From a virus: a stretch of 64,000 bases of DNA. Positions 55,508 through 64,000 of the stretch are shown one piece after another; within the stretch, counting starts at the first letter, position 1, and each line of letters opens with the position of its first letter. Under the pieces are notes generated by a model. That model saw only the letters and a list, made by a program, of their open reading frames with translations. It searched no databases and was not told the DNA's origin. The position numbers and the translations under genes are program-made. The stretch covers positions 23,551-87,550 of the IMG/VR virus record IMGVR_UViG_3300028025_003977, one strand, 5' to 3'.

Positions 55508-56463
55508 TGATAGGAAAATTTTCTGTTATTCCAGGTCGTGGAACTGGTGCTATGGCAGAGTTTGTAAATGAAAATGTTTTGCCAAACAGTATAAACTTAA
55601 AAGATTGTAACTTAATTATCTTGCCTGGAAATGAAGATCAGATAAGAAAGTATACAAAAAATATTGTTTGGTGCCATGTTCCATCTTATAAAATGCCAAT
55701 AAAAGTTTCAAAGTATTTTTTTGATCCAGAAATATTACCATTTGTTGATTTGTTTTTAGTACAATCAGAGTTCCATAAAAAAGATTTGTCAGAGCACTTT
55801 GATATAGATGAAAGCAAATTTTATATTGTAAGCAATCAATTTACTCCAATTGAATACAAAGAAAAACCAAAAAATAAAGTAAACTTCATGTATACTTCTC
55901 AAAACTCTAGAGGCTTGGATGTTTTATTAAAAGCTTTTGATAAAATAAAAGACAAAAATGTTTCACTAACCCTTCATTGTTGTGAATGTGAAGAATGTCT
56001 TCAACCAGAAGATATTAGCTACGAGGCAAAGTTAATTTTAGACAAACATAATAAGATAAAAAATAATCAGTATAGCTCAAAAGAAATTTATATAGAAACA
56101 TTAAATAATTCTCACGTTTATGCCTACCCATGCACGTTTGAAGAAACTGCTTGTATTGGAGTAATGGAAGCAATGAGTGCTGGTGTAAAAATAGTAACTA
56201 CAGATGCTGGAGCCTTGCCTGAAACTACTGGAGGATTTGCAAAAATTATTAATAATTATCCAGTTATGGATTTTGAAGTAGAAAGATTAGAAAAAAAGTT
56301 AATAAAAATTTTTGTTAAAGAAATGAAAAAAGCAATTAAAGAAATTAGAAAAAACAAGTTTGATCCAAAGCCTCAAATAGAATATATTAATAATAGGTTT
56401 TCAAAAGAAAATTCTATAAAGCAGTGGGCTGAGCTAGATAGAATTATTGGAGAAATGCAATGA
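55507..56463 (+). CDS. GT-B glycosyltransferase (GT4-like)
   Basis: YTSQNSRGLDVLL, YPCTFEETACIGVMEAMSAG (Ex7E), TTDAGALPET. Confidence 0.88.
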   Translation: MIGKFSVIPGRGTGAMAEFVNENVLPNSINLKDCNLIILPGNEDQIRKYTKNIVWCHVPSYKMPIKVSKYFFDPEILPFVDLFLVQSEFHKKDLSEHFDIDESKFYIVSNQFTPIEYKEKPKNKVNFMYTSQNSRGLDVLLKAFDKIKDKNVSLTLHCCECEECLQPEDISYEAKLILDKHNKIKNNQYSSKEIYIETLNNSHVYAYPCTFEETACIGVMEAMSAGVKIVTTDAGALPETTGGFAKIINNYPVMDFEVERLEKKLIKIFVKEMKKAIKEIRKNKFDPKPQIEYINNRFSKENSIKQWAELDRIIGEMQ

Positions 56464-57470
56464 AAAGAATAATGGTAACTGGTGCAAGTGGCTTAATGGG
56501 TGTTCACGTTGTTAGACATATATTAAAGACCACTGACTGCGATACAATTATTTTGCCAGTTAGCTATAAGCATCGTGGAATTCAAGACAGACTAAGTTAC
56601 ATATTTAATTCTTATACAGATGCAATGAGAAGAATTAAAATTGTTAATGTAGATTTAGCACACCCAATGTCGCCAGTAACGTATGCTCAGTTTGGTAAGG
56701 TTGACTATGTAATTAATTGTGCAAGTGAAAGCCATGTAAATCGTAGCATTGAAAACCCTGCACCATTTATTATCAATAACGTGTCCCTTATGTGTAACAT
56801 GCTTGATTGGGCAAGACACGCAGAAGTAGAAAAGTTTTTACATATATCCACTGATGAGGTATATGGTCCAGGATCAAAGCATAGGACAAATAAAGAGTGG
56901 AAAGATCTGCATCTTCCAAGCAATCCATATGCAGCATCTAAGGCAGCACAAGAAGACATTGCTTTGTCTTACTGGAGAACATACGGTTTACCAATTGCAA
57001 TTGTAAATAGCATGAATATTATTGGCGAGACTCAAGACTCTGAAAAGTATATGGCTATGATTATGAAAAAGATTTACAAAAATGAAAAAGTAACTGTTCA
57101 TTTTAACAAGGGTGATATTGGAAGCAGATATTATTTACATGCAAGAAGCTTAGCTTCAGGGCTAATGCACATCTTAGAGCAAAATTTTCCAAAATATGGG
57201 GAAGCAGATTTACCACTAAGAATGCATATTGCTGGAGAAAAAAAGTTAGATAATCTAGAGCTTGCTCAACTTGTTGCAAATGCAGCAGGTAAAAAACTAA
57301 ACTACGACTTGGTAGATCCAAACATAGAAAGACCAGGGCATGATATGCATTACGCACTAAGCGGAGACAATCTTGCCAAGTCTGGCTGGACACACCCAAT
57401 GCCAATTGAAGAGTCAATTAGCCGAGTTGTAAAATGGACATATGATAACCCTCAATGGCTTGACATCTAA
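56460..57470 (+). CDS. NDP-sugar 4,6-dehydratase (RmlB-like SDR)
   Basis: TGASGLMG, ASESHVNRSI, STDEVYG, YAASK, RPGHD..Y. Confidence 0.9.
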   Translation: MKRIMVTGASGLMGVHVVRHILKTTDCDTIILPVSYKHRGIQDRLSYIFNSYTDAMRRIKIVNVDLAHPMSPVTYAQFGKVDYVINCASESHVNRSIENPAPFIINNVSLMCNMLDWARHAEVEKFLHISTDEVYGPGSKHRTNKEWKDLHLPSNPYAASKAAQEDIALSYWRTYGLPIAIVNSMNIIGETQDSEKYMAMIMKKIYKNEKVTVHFNKGDIGSRYYLHARSLASGLMHILEQNFPKYGEADLPLRMHIAGEKKLDNLELAQLVANAAGKKLNYDLVDPNIERPGHDMHYALSGDNLAKSGWTHPMPIEESISRVVKWTYDNPQWLDI

Positions 57471-57488
57471 CAATTAAATTGATATAAT
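57460..57488 (+). promoter_or_regulatory. Sigma70-type promoter
   Basis: TTGACA (57460-65), 17 nt, TATAAT (57483-88) with extended TG. Confidence 0.75.
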
Positions 57489-57517
57489 ATAAGTCCCAAC
57501 TAACAAAAGGAAATAAG

Positions 57518-58420
57518 ATGAAGAAAAGTATTATTGCTATTATTGGAATAGCATTGCTTTTGGTTATTACAGGAACCTCGGCAAAAGGAAATACCAAGCC
57601 CACCATTGCTGTAATTGATACAGGAATTGACGCTACACATAGCTTAGTGTCTGGAAAAATTGTACATGAAGTATGCATTCTTGATTTTAAAGTGTGTCCA
57701 AATGGACAAGACTTTATGGAAGGTGTTGGAGCAGCAACTTTAGATCCAGTTAGAGCTAGTAGAAATGGTTTTTATCACGGAACTCAAATTGCTTCCGTAA
57801 TAACTAAAAATAATCCAAATGTTAATCTTGTTGTTATTAGAATTATTCCAATGACAGCAACTGGATTTAGAGCAAGTACGTCATTAAATACTGTACAAAA
57901 AGCATTAGAATGGGTAGACAAAAACCATCAAGCATATAATATTGTTGCAGTAAATATGAGCCAGTCATATGTTTCAAGGGATGCTTGCACGAAGCATGTT
58001 CCCATTGAAAATGCAATTAATTCTCTTGCATCAAAAAACATTCCATCATTTTTTCCAACAGGAAATGGATCTAATTATTCTAAGATAGACTTCCCTGCAT
58101 GTATTGCATCATCAATTTCTGTTGGTGCTACAGACCCAGCATATGGAAAGCAAATGTCTCCAGCAATTTATAGCAACAATTCATCCGCTACAGATTTTTT
58201 TGCACTAGGAACAATGTTTGCTGCATCTCCTAGCAACAAAACTGCCAACTCTGTTGGAACATCAAACTCCAGTGCACTTATGGCAGCAAAATGGGTAGCA
58301 GTAAAAGAACTAAATCCAAGCTTGTCAATGTCTCAAGTATATGATAGAATTAAGTCCCAATCAAGATACCTTGAACATAAGCGTTCAGGAAAAATGTTTA
58401 TTGTTGATCTAGTTAATTAG
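57518..58420 (+). CDS. Secreted subtilisin-like S8 protease
   Basis: N-terminal signal peptide; IAVIDTG (Asp), HGT (His), PTGN (oxyanion Asn), GTS (Ser). Confidence 0.9.
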   Translation: MKKSIIAIIGIALLLVITGTSAKGNTKPTIAVIDTGIDATHSLVSGKIVHEVCILDFKVCPNGQDFMEGVGAATLDPVRASRNGFYHGTQIASVITKNNPNVNLVVIRIIPMTATGFRASTSLNTVQKALEWVDKNHQAYNIVAVNMSQSYVSRDACTKHVPIENAINSLASKNIPSFFPTGNGSNYSKIDFPACIASSISVGATDPAYGKQMSPAIYSNNSSATDFFALGTMFAASPSNKTANSVGTSNSSALMAAKWVAVKELNPSLSMSQVYDRIKSQSRYLEHKRSGKMFIVDLVN

Positions 58421-58427
58421 GAATGCT

Positions 58428-58805
58428 ATGAAAATTTTAGTATACGGTAGTAAAGATTTTGGAGATTATCCAACATTTATGCGTGGAGTTGTAGTTGCAA
58501 TTGAAGAAAATCTACACAAAAACGGCTACCAAGAAAAGCATATTAAGATATTAACCGCAGGACCAAGAAGAATAAATGGTTATACGGCAGAGTTTATTAA
58601 TAGGTCAGAGGATATGTTTAAGCAGAAAAAAATCTGGACCAAGTTTGCTCGTGCTAAGTACCAAGATGTTTTAGAAAATTTAGAAAGCTATAATATTGAC
58701 CACATTGTGTCATTTAATTCAAAGTCAGATCCTGACAAGAACCATGATGCACTTATCCGCAAGGCTGAACAACTAAAAATTCCAGCCTCATTCTACAGAT
58801 ACTAA
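58428..58805 (+). CDS. SLOG/YspA-like protein
   Basis: MKILVYGSKDF.DY start typical of SLOG-like phage proteins. Confidence 0.55.
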   Translation: MKILVYGSKDFGDYPTFMRGVVVAIEENLHKNGYQEKHIKILTAGPRRINGYTAEFINRSEDMFKQKKIWTKFARAKYQDVLENLESYNIDHIVSFNSKSDPDKNHDALIRKAEQLKIPASFYRY

Positions 58806-58814
58806 GGAAAATAA

Positions 58815-59024
58815 ATGCCAATAATTGGTTACGAAGAAGCACACGCTATAGTAGAAAAGAATAAAAACCTTTACTGGGATGGCTGGAACATTGTAGACTG
58901 GAAAGCAGATTCTCTTGGAGAAATGTCAAAGGGTGGAATGTTAAAAGATGGCAAGTGGGGATTTTACAAGACCTACGAACCAAACGAAAACGGTTGGGAA
59001 GTACCAGTAAAATATGTTAGATGA
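58815..59024 (+). CDS. Trp-rich small hypothetical protein
   Basis: LYWDGWNIV...GKWG...GWEVP; SD AAGGA. Confidence 0.7.
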   Translation: MPIIGYEEAHAIVEKNKNLYWDGWNIVDWKADSLGEMSKGGMLKDGKWGFYKTYEPNENGWEVPVKYVR

Positions 59025-59298
59025 AGAATGGATGATGAAAGCCAAGTGTCGTGCCATTGATCGTGAAATGTTTTTTGATAAGTATGAAGAAGATCCAATA
59101 CTTGCAAAAACAGTTGATGAAACTATTTGTTTACAGTGTCCTGTTATAGCAGAGTGTTTTAATCACGGAACAACAAACTCAGAATGGGGAGTTTGGGGTG
59201 GTGTATACTTAGTAGATGGAGAACCAAGCCCTTCTAAGAACATGCATAAAACAAAAGAGGTGTGGTCTATGATCCTAGATGCGGTGTCAGATGGCTAA
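59014..59298 (+). CDS. whiB: WhiB-family transcription factor
   Basis: AKC...FF...ICLQCPVIAEC...EWGVWGG. Confidence 0.92.
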   Translation: MLDEEWMMKAKCRAIDREMFFDKYEEDPILAKTVDETICLQCPVIAECFNHGTTNSEWGVWGGVYLVDGEPSPSKNMHKTKEVWSMILDAVSDG

Positions 59299-59548
59299 AT
59301 TTACTAAAGAAATGTCTATTGCAGTACATCAAGTAAAGCCTCCATATCCAAAACTTGTTGTAGACTTTGTAGAGTTTGATCAATACATTTCTATTCGTAT
59401 TTATGAAAATCAAATTATGGAAATGAACGCTCCTCAAATGGAAACATTTATGGAGTATCTTCAAATGCTTAGAACACTTATTGAATCTTTTGGTGTCAAA
59501 TGCTATTTTGACGGAGCAAAAGGCGATCCACCGAGAGGAACAAAATGA
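59291..59548 (+). CDS. Hypothetical protein
   Basis: ATG 59291 overlaps the whiB end. Confidence 0.7.
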   Translation: MAKFTKEMSIAVHQVKPPYPKLVVDFVEFDQYISIRIYENQIMEMNAPQMETFMEYLQMLRTLIESFGVKCYFDGAKGDPPRGTK

Positions 59549-59709
59549 CAGCTGGTAATTTAGTTTGGATACTTGATGAACAAGTAGTTGGAGAAATTGT
59601 TTCTCATGGTGCATATTTTTCAAAAGTAAAGTTTTTTGTAGATGGAATAGAGCATGAAGAGTTTGTAGACAATACTGACTTTGTTGCCTATGAGTTATAC
59701 GAAGAATAA
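59545..59709 (+). CDS. Small protein (54 aa, not in the ORF track)
   Basis: MTAGNLVWILDEQVVGEIVSHGAYFSKVKF...; SD GAGG; ATGA overlap. Confidence 0.7.
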   Translation: MTAGNLVWILDEQVVGEIVSHGAYFSKVKFFVDGIEHEEFVDNTDFVAYELYEE

Positions 59710-59711
59710 AC

Positions 59712-59741
59712 TTGACAAACCCAGCCTGTATAGTGTATTAT
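59712..59741 (+). promoter_or_regulatory. Sigma70-type promoter
   Basis: TTGACA (59712-17), 18 nt, TATTAT (59736-41). Confidence 0.6.
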
Positions 59742-59767
59742 AGATATACCAAAAACAAGGATATTAA

Positions 59768-59929
59768 ATGATTAAATACGAAAAAGGATTTCAGTACGAC
59801 TTTTTTGCACAAGAATGGTCGCATGATTGTGGTGCCTGTGGCACAGAGCTTTATGCACCAACCAAAAAACATCTAGAAGGAAACTTTTGGATACACACAC
59901 ATTCAAATAACTGTCTTGGAGGATGGTAA
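59768..59929 (+). CDS. Small Zn-finger-like protein (53 aa, not in the ORF track)
   Basis: CGAC...HTHSNNC; SD AAGGA. Confidence 0.7.
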   Translation: MIKYEKGFQYDFFAQEWSHDCGACGTELYAPTKKHLEGNFWIHTHSNNCLGGW

Positions 59930-60348
59930 TGAACTATAAAGCTTTTAGTCAAGAGCTGTACGATGCTAATGATGATGCTAAAGAATTAGTAATAAAATGG
60001 CTTGGTGCAAATAACATTAAGTCATGGGTTAATCCTGATAAATATGGGATAGACCTTGTATCTGATGAAAAAAAATATGAAGTAGAAGTAAAGCATAACT
60101 GGCGTGGATCATCTTTTCCATTTAAAGATGTTCATTTTCCAATTAGAAAATTAAAGTTTGCAAATAAAGATTCGGTATTTGTTATGTTAAATCATGAACG
60201 CACACACGCATTGATTGTAGATGGTAAAACTTTTTTGGAAGCACCTCAAGTTTTAAAAGATACAATTTACACTAAAGATGAAAAGTTTGTAGAAATTCAA
60301 GTTGAAAATTGTACGATTGTTAAGATAATGGATAACGGCAATGAATAA
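59929..60348 (+). CDS. PD-(D/E)XK-like hypothetical nuclease
   Basis: YGIDLV...YEVEVK motif. Confidence 0.55.
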   Translation: MNYKAFSQELYDANDDAKELVIKWLGANNIKSWVNPDKYGIDLVSDEKKYEVEVKHNWRGSSFPFKDVHFPIRKLKFANKDSVFVMLNHERTHALIVDGKTFLEAPQVLKDTIYTKDEKFVEIQVENCTIVKIMDNGNE

Positions 60349-60640
60349 AACAGAGCTAGAAACTTTAATCTACTATGAAACAGATCAAGAAATGCTGTTA
60401 ATGGATGGATTTGAAAATGCTTTTATTGGTTTTTCAAGACGATGTGGTCAACCAACACTGGCAACCTATTCATTTACAAAGATGCTACAGATACTTGTTG
60501 AGCGTGATGGCATGGATGTAATGGAAGCAGAAGAATATATTTCATACAATTGTGCAGGTGCCTGGATGGGAGAACTAACTCCAGTAATTCTATATGAATA
60601 TGAAGATGTGTTTTTAAAGAATTGGAAAAGCCATGCGTAG
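60341..60640 (+). CDS. Conserved phage hypothetical protein
   Basis: DGFENAFIG...ATYS...DGM...EAEEYISYN..GAWMGE.TP. Confidence 0.75.
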   Translation: MNKTELETLIYYETDQEMLLMDGFENAFIGFSRRCGQPTLATYSFTKMLQILVERDGMDVMEAEEYISYNCAGAWMGELTPVILYEYEDVFLKNWKSHA

Positions 60641-61043
60641 TGCAGTAATTGTAGATATTGATGGAACAGTATCTCACAGAAGCAATCGTGAAATATATGA
60701 TTATTCAAAAGTTATTCATGACACTCCAGACAAAAATGTTATTGAGGTTGTAAACGCTTTGTGGCGAGCTGGACATAAAATTATATTTGTTTCAGGTCGT
60801 GATGATTCATGCTTCAATGAAACATACAGATGGCTAACATTAAACTGCCCACCATTTATTAAGCTTTACATGCGTAAGTATGGAGATTTTAGAGACGACT
60901 CAGTTGTTAAACGAGAAATTTACGAACAGCTTATTGCACCTAATCATGATATTTTATGTGTGCTTGATGATCGTCAACAGGTAGTAGATATGTGGCGTGA
61001 AACTGGTCTTACTTGTCTACAAGTGGCTCCAGGAGATTTTTAA
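60633..61043 (+). CDS. HAD phosphatase (PNKP/PseT 3'-phosphatase domain)
   Basis: IVDIDGT, VSGRD, D..VK, VLDDRQQVVDMWR. Confidence 0.88.
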   Translation: MRSAVIVDIDGTVSHRSNREIYDYSKVIHDTPDKNVIEVVNALWRAGHKIIFVSGRDDSCFNETYRWLTLNCPPFIKLYMRKYGDFRDDSVVKREIYEQLIAPNHDILCVLDDRQQVVDMWRETGLTCLQVAPGDF

Positions 61044-61231
61044 TGGCTAAGAGTTATTTAATTAAATCAACAGAAGATTTAATGGACATTTATACTAATG
61101 CCTTGGGGCATTATATTGCTGGTCGTATGGGAACAAAAGAATCACACATAGAAGATTTTGCTATAGAGGCAGCTAGCTTTGCTGAAGGTTTCTATTCTAT
61201 TATTCAAGCATTGCCAAAGGACAACAGATGA
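61043..61231 (+). CDS. Small hypothetical protein
   Basis: SD AGGAG; ATG overlaps the upstream TAA. Confidence 0.65.
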   Translation: MAKSYLIKSTEDLMDIYTNALGHYIAGRMGTKESHIEDFAIEAASFAEGFYSIIQALPKDNR

Positions 61232-61341
61232 AGCTCACGCATTCAGTAGCAGAGTTGCTTATTCTTACATTTGTAGCGTTAAACTGTTATGTTAATGTAA
61301 GAAGATATATTTGGGATAGGAGGAAACGAAATGGAATTTGA
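61228..61341 (+). CDS. Small membrane peptide (37 aa, not in the ORF track)
   Basis: MKLTHSVAELLILTFVALNCYVNVRRYIWDRRKRNGI; fills the gap with overlaps at both ends. Confidence 0.5.
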   Translation: MKLTHSVAELLILTFVALNCYVNVRRYIWDRRKRNGI

Positions 61342-61582
61342 ACTATATCATGAAAAGGATGCTGGTCCAATAGTTCGTTGGATTGCTACAAAGTTACTAA
61401 GTATTTTGCATACAATTGAAAAGCCCTTGTATGACTATGCAGATATGTATACAGCAGTATGGGACGACTATGAAGATGAAGATACTCTTGCTGTTCCACA
61501 TAATCAAATGGGAATTTTTGATAACCTAGAGCCACTACCACAGTTTGAAAAATTTGAAAATCTTACGGAGGACTTAATTTAA
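61331..61582 (+). CDS. Acidic hypothetical protein
   Basis: SD AGGAGG. Confidence 0.65.
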   Translation: MEFELYHEKDAGPIVRWIATKLLSILHTIEKPLYDYADMYTAVWDDYEDEDTLAVPHNQMGIFDNLEPLPQFEKFENLTEDLI

Positions 61583-61770
61583 TGTCAGACGATTACTACT
61601 ACTATAAAGATCAGGTTGCTGAACTCCAAGCCACTAATAACTTTGTCCGTTCAAATACAATTAGATCTATCTTGGCAAAAATTGAAAATGTTAAGAACGA
61701 GAGAGACCTTAAGGGATTATCAAATGCTGGTGTTGATGAAGTAATTATTTTAATAAAGGAAATGCTATGA
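61582..61770 (+). CDS. Small hypothetical protein
   Basis: Coupled ORF with SD GGAGG. Confidence 0.65.
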   Translation: MSDDYYYYKDQVAELQATNNFVRSNTIRSILAKIENVKNERDLKGLSNAGVDEVIILIKEML

Positions 61771-62015
61771 GTTACGCTAGACTATCCTTTTCAGACCTGT
61801 ATTTATTTATGAACATGCAGGGATACTTAGAGTGTATGGGATGCATGTTAGCACCAATAACGGTAATGGCTCATTCAACTAGTGGTGTTTCTTTTCGTAC
61901 AAAAAGTACACTAGTTATGATTAAGCACATACAAGAGCATAGAGATGCTGGTCATGATGTTCCAGACGGTATAGAAGAAAGACTACTAGAAGACGATAAG
62001 GATAACTTTAAATGA
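61767..62015 (+). CDS. Small Zn-binding protein
   Basis: SDLYLF...ECMGC...HIQEHRDAGH.VP. Confidence 0.68.
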   Translation: MSYARLSFSDLYLFMNMQGYLECMGCMLAPITVMAHSTSGVSFRTKSTLVMIKHIQEHRDAGHDVPDGIEERLLEDDKDNFK

Positions 62016-62143
62016 TACAAAAGATTTTACGATACGCAGAAAAAATTGGGCTGGACCAAGAAGAATTACTGCAAATGACAGTGCTTGAAGCTTTATTAAA
62101 AATTGAAGATACCCAGGCAATGTGGAAAGAACTATCTAAATAA
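62012..62143 (+). CDS. Small protein (43 aa, not in the ORF track)
   Basis: MIQKILRYAEKIGLDQEELLQMTVLEALLKIEDTQAMWKELSK; ATGA overlap. Confidence 0.55.
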   Translation: MIQKILRYAEKIGLDQEELLQMTVLEALLKIEDTQAMWKELSK

Positions 62144-62151
62144 TCCCACCG

Positions 62152-62160
62152 TGATATAAT
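62152..62160 (+). promoter_or_regulatory. Extended -10 promoter
   Basis: TGaTATAAT, followed by a leader hairpin TAGTC/GACTA. Confidence 0.5.
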
Positions 62161-62191
62161 AAACTTGTTAGTCTTAGACTAGCAGGGAGAC

Positions 62192-63865
62192 TTGGGAGAG
62201 TTGAAAAGATTAAAAAAACTTACAGCATATTTTTTGGCTAGCTCCTTACTTTTTGTAGGGAGCTCTTTCTTTATAGCAACATCTTCACACGCCACGCCAT
62301 TAGTATGTAACATGTCTACCGTTACTGGAGATGATGATGGGTCTTTCCCAATGACTCTTCCGTTTAGTCTTCAGTTAGGTAACACTAGCTACAATCAAAT
62401 TTATTACAGCACTAATGGTCTTATGTCTTTTGGACGACCAGATGGTAATTTTTGGAGCTATCCACAGACTCCATCTGTAACTCTTGCAGGTAGAGACTGG
62501 GTTTCATTTGGTCCAGGTGCTTATACTTCATATGGATATAATCAGGACTCATTTTGTATTGAGTGGTCAGTTCGCCCATTTCCACAATCAAGCGGTCCTC
62601 TAACACAAATTAGATTAGTTGTAAATGTATTTCCTAATGGTGGATGGCATGGTGAGATTACAACTCTTGGATGGATTCCCCCAGACATTAGGCGTGGAAT
62701 TGTATGGGAACAAAATGGTACACCACTACCTATTGGAGCAGCATTTGATGTAAATGGTGGAGTTCCAGTTGAAGTTGCACCTGCTCCAGCACCTACAAGC
62801 TTTACAGAGCCTCCTGCAATTCCAACTCAATGTTGGGATGGCAGCACAGTTTATGCTCCTGCTACATGTCCTCCAGTTCCACCAGACATTACTTGTTGGA
62901 ACGGAGAAATAGTTCCTTGGAATGGATCATGTCAGCAGGTCCCACCACCTATTGAATGCTGGAATGGAACATCTGTAAATTGGAACGAGCAATGTCCAAT
63001 TCAACCAACTCCTACGCCCAGCCCTGAGCCACAGCCGTCAGTATCACCAGAGCCAACAGTAGAACCGTCACCCCAGCCAATAGAGCCAAGCCCAATGCCG
63101 TCAGAACCTGTTGTGCTGCCTTCAGAAACTTCTTCACCTATTCCAGTCCCTTCTTTTTCAAGTCCCTCAGAATATCCGTGGCAGCCTGAAGGACCTGTTG
63201 CAGTTCCATCCCTAGATCCTGAGCCAGAGATTTCATTTCCAGAACCATTAACTCCAGATCCAATCGAGAGCTCATTTCCTGATCTAGATCTTCCATCCAC
63301 TGATCTTCCATCTGATAATAATATCACAGAAACAACTGACGAAGAAACAGCATCTTTTGTTGAGGACTTTACTCAAAGCGGTTCCATCTCAGATGCTGAG
63401 ACAGAACTATTAATTGAAAACTTTTTGGGTGATGGCTTTATATCTGAAGATGAAGTATCTGGACTCTCAGATTCTTTAACTGAAGACGGAGTTTTGACGG
63501 AAGATGAGAAGGAACTCTTAGTTGATGTTATCTTAGAACAAGCAGATGGTAATGCAATCTCAACTGAGTTAATTGATGAACTCGGTCTTGACTATGAAGA
63601 TTTGCCAGATGACCAGCCAGTTATGTTAGATAACGGTGTAGTCCTTTTTGCAGAAGTTGCAGATGCTTTGGAAATCTTTGAAAATCCATCAGAAATTTTA
63701 GCTGCAGTATTTACAGATCCTAGCAAGGCTCTTACTGCTGTAGCTAACATTGGTGCAGATATGACACCAGAACAACGTGAAGAATCACAAACAGTTGTTG
63801 TTGCGTCCATTATTGTTGGACAAGTAATAGCATCAACTAATTTAATAACAGGGAGGATAAGATAA
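62192..63865 (+). CDS. Secreted/membrane protein: NIDO-like domain, 3x CWxG repeats, Pro/Glu linker, acidic helical region, C-terminal hydrophobic segment
   Basis: Signal peptide; DDGSFPMTLPFSLQLGNTSYNQIYYSTNGLMSFG; CWDG/CWNG/CWNG; PEP repeats; VVVASIIVGQVIA. Confidence 0.75.
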   Translation: MGELKRLKKLTAYFLASSLLFVGSSFFIATSSHATPLVCNMSTVTGDDDGSFPMTLPFSLQLGNTSYNQIYYSTNGLMSFGRPDGNFWSYPQTPSVTLAGRDWVSFGPGAYTSYGYNQDSFCIEWSVRPFPQSSGPLTQIRLVVNVFPNGGWHGEITTLGWIPPDIRRGIVWEQNGTPLPIGAAFDVNGGVPVEVAPAPAPTSFTEPPAIPTQCWDGSTVYAPATCPPVPPDITCWNGEIVPWNGSCQQVPPPIECWNGTSVNWNEQCPIQPTPTPSPEPQPSVSPEPTVEPSPQPIEPSPMPSEPVVLPSETSSPIPVPSFSSPSEYPWQPEGPVAVPSLDPEPEISFPEPLTPDPIESSFPDLDLPSTDLPSDNNITETTDEETASFVEDFTQSGSISDAETELLIENFLGDGFISEDEVSGLSDSLTEDGVLTEDEKELLVDVILEQADGNAISTELIDELGLDYEDLPDDQPVMLDNGVVLFAEVADALEIFENPSEILAAVFTDPSKALTAVANIGADMTPEQREESQTVVVASIIVGQVIASTNLITGRIR

Positions 63866-64000
63866 TGAAGAAGTGGTTAAAGGATAAATTCCGTGAAACA
63901 TTAAACCAAACATTCACCCTTCTTGGTATGTTCGTAGCATGGGCAGTCCTAGACGGGTCTGCTAAGACAGTAGTTGGGTGGGCAATTATGCTATGCGTAG
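63865..64000 (+). CDS. Membrane protein (3'-truncated)
   Basis: MKKWLKDKFRETLNQTFTLLGMFVAWAVLDGSAKTVVGWAIMLCV; two hydrophobic segments. Confidence 0.7.
   Translation, partial: MKKWLKDKFRETLNQTFTLLGMFVAWAVLDGSAKTVVGWAIMLCV

Noticed and set aside
983-63810. Minus-strand and short alternate-frame ORFs in the track (e.g. 4848..5351, 30036..30578, 63001..63327)
   Set aside because: All lie within longer motif-bearing + strand genes, have no recognisable motifs, and are expected shadows of biased codon usage.
1-64000. Stop-codon reassignment
   Set aside because: Long conserved genes translate intact in code 11, TAA/TAG/TGA all terminate genes, and there is no suppressor tRNA.

Overview
A 64 kb segment of a large, AT-rich tailed dsDNA phage. 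The host is probably actinobacterial (WhiB, an actinophage-type tape measure with an M23 peptidase, many apparently leaderless genes). Every credible gene is on the + strand. Layout: (1) 1-21.8 kb, tail operon (5'-truncated tape measure, baseplate/minor tail genes, long fibre proteins). (2) 21.8-34.5 kb, replication/recombination (metallophosphoesterase, DnaB, primase, SSB, DnaE, MazG-like, RecA, Hjc-like, Cas4-like, RuvC-like). (3) 34.5-39.3 kb, a glycosyltransferase plus sugar nucleotidyltransferase, and the terminase. (4) 39.3-42.5 kb, a DUF6065-like gene, five tRNAs (Tyr, Asn, Gly, Arg, Thr), an M23 peptidase and thioredoxin. (5) 42.5-57.5 kb, a second fibre operon paralogous to part of the first, ending in a 24-Cys protein with mirror-symmetric Cys spacing and a cluster of putative protein/sugar modification genes. 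(6) 57.5-64 kb, accessory genes (secreted subtilase, WhiB, HAD phosphatase, a secreted NIDO-like protein). The best candidate for an undescribed system is the Cys-ladder protein with its downstream chaperone/DUF6065/methylase-like/glycosyltransferase cluster. Also notable are a pseudoknot-like element between tRNA-Asn and tRNA-Gly, and a tRNA-Tyr with a C1:G72 pair. Family names are assigned from motifs recognised by eye, not from database searches.
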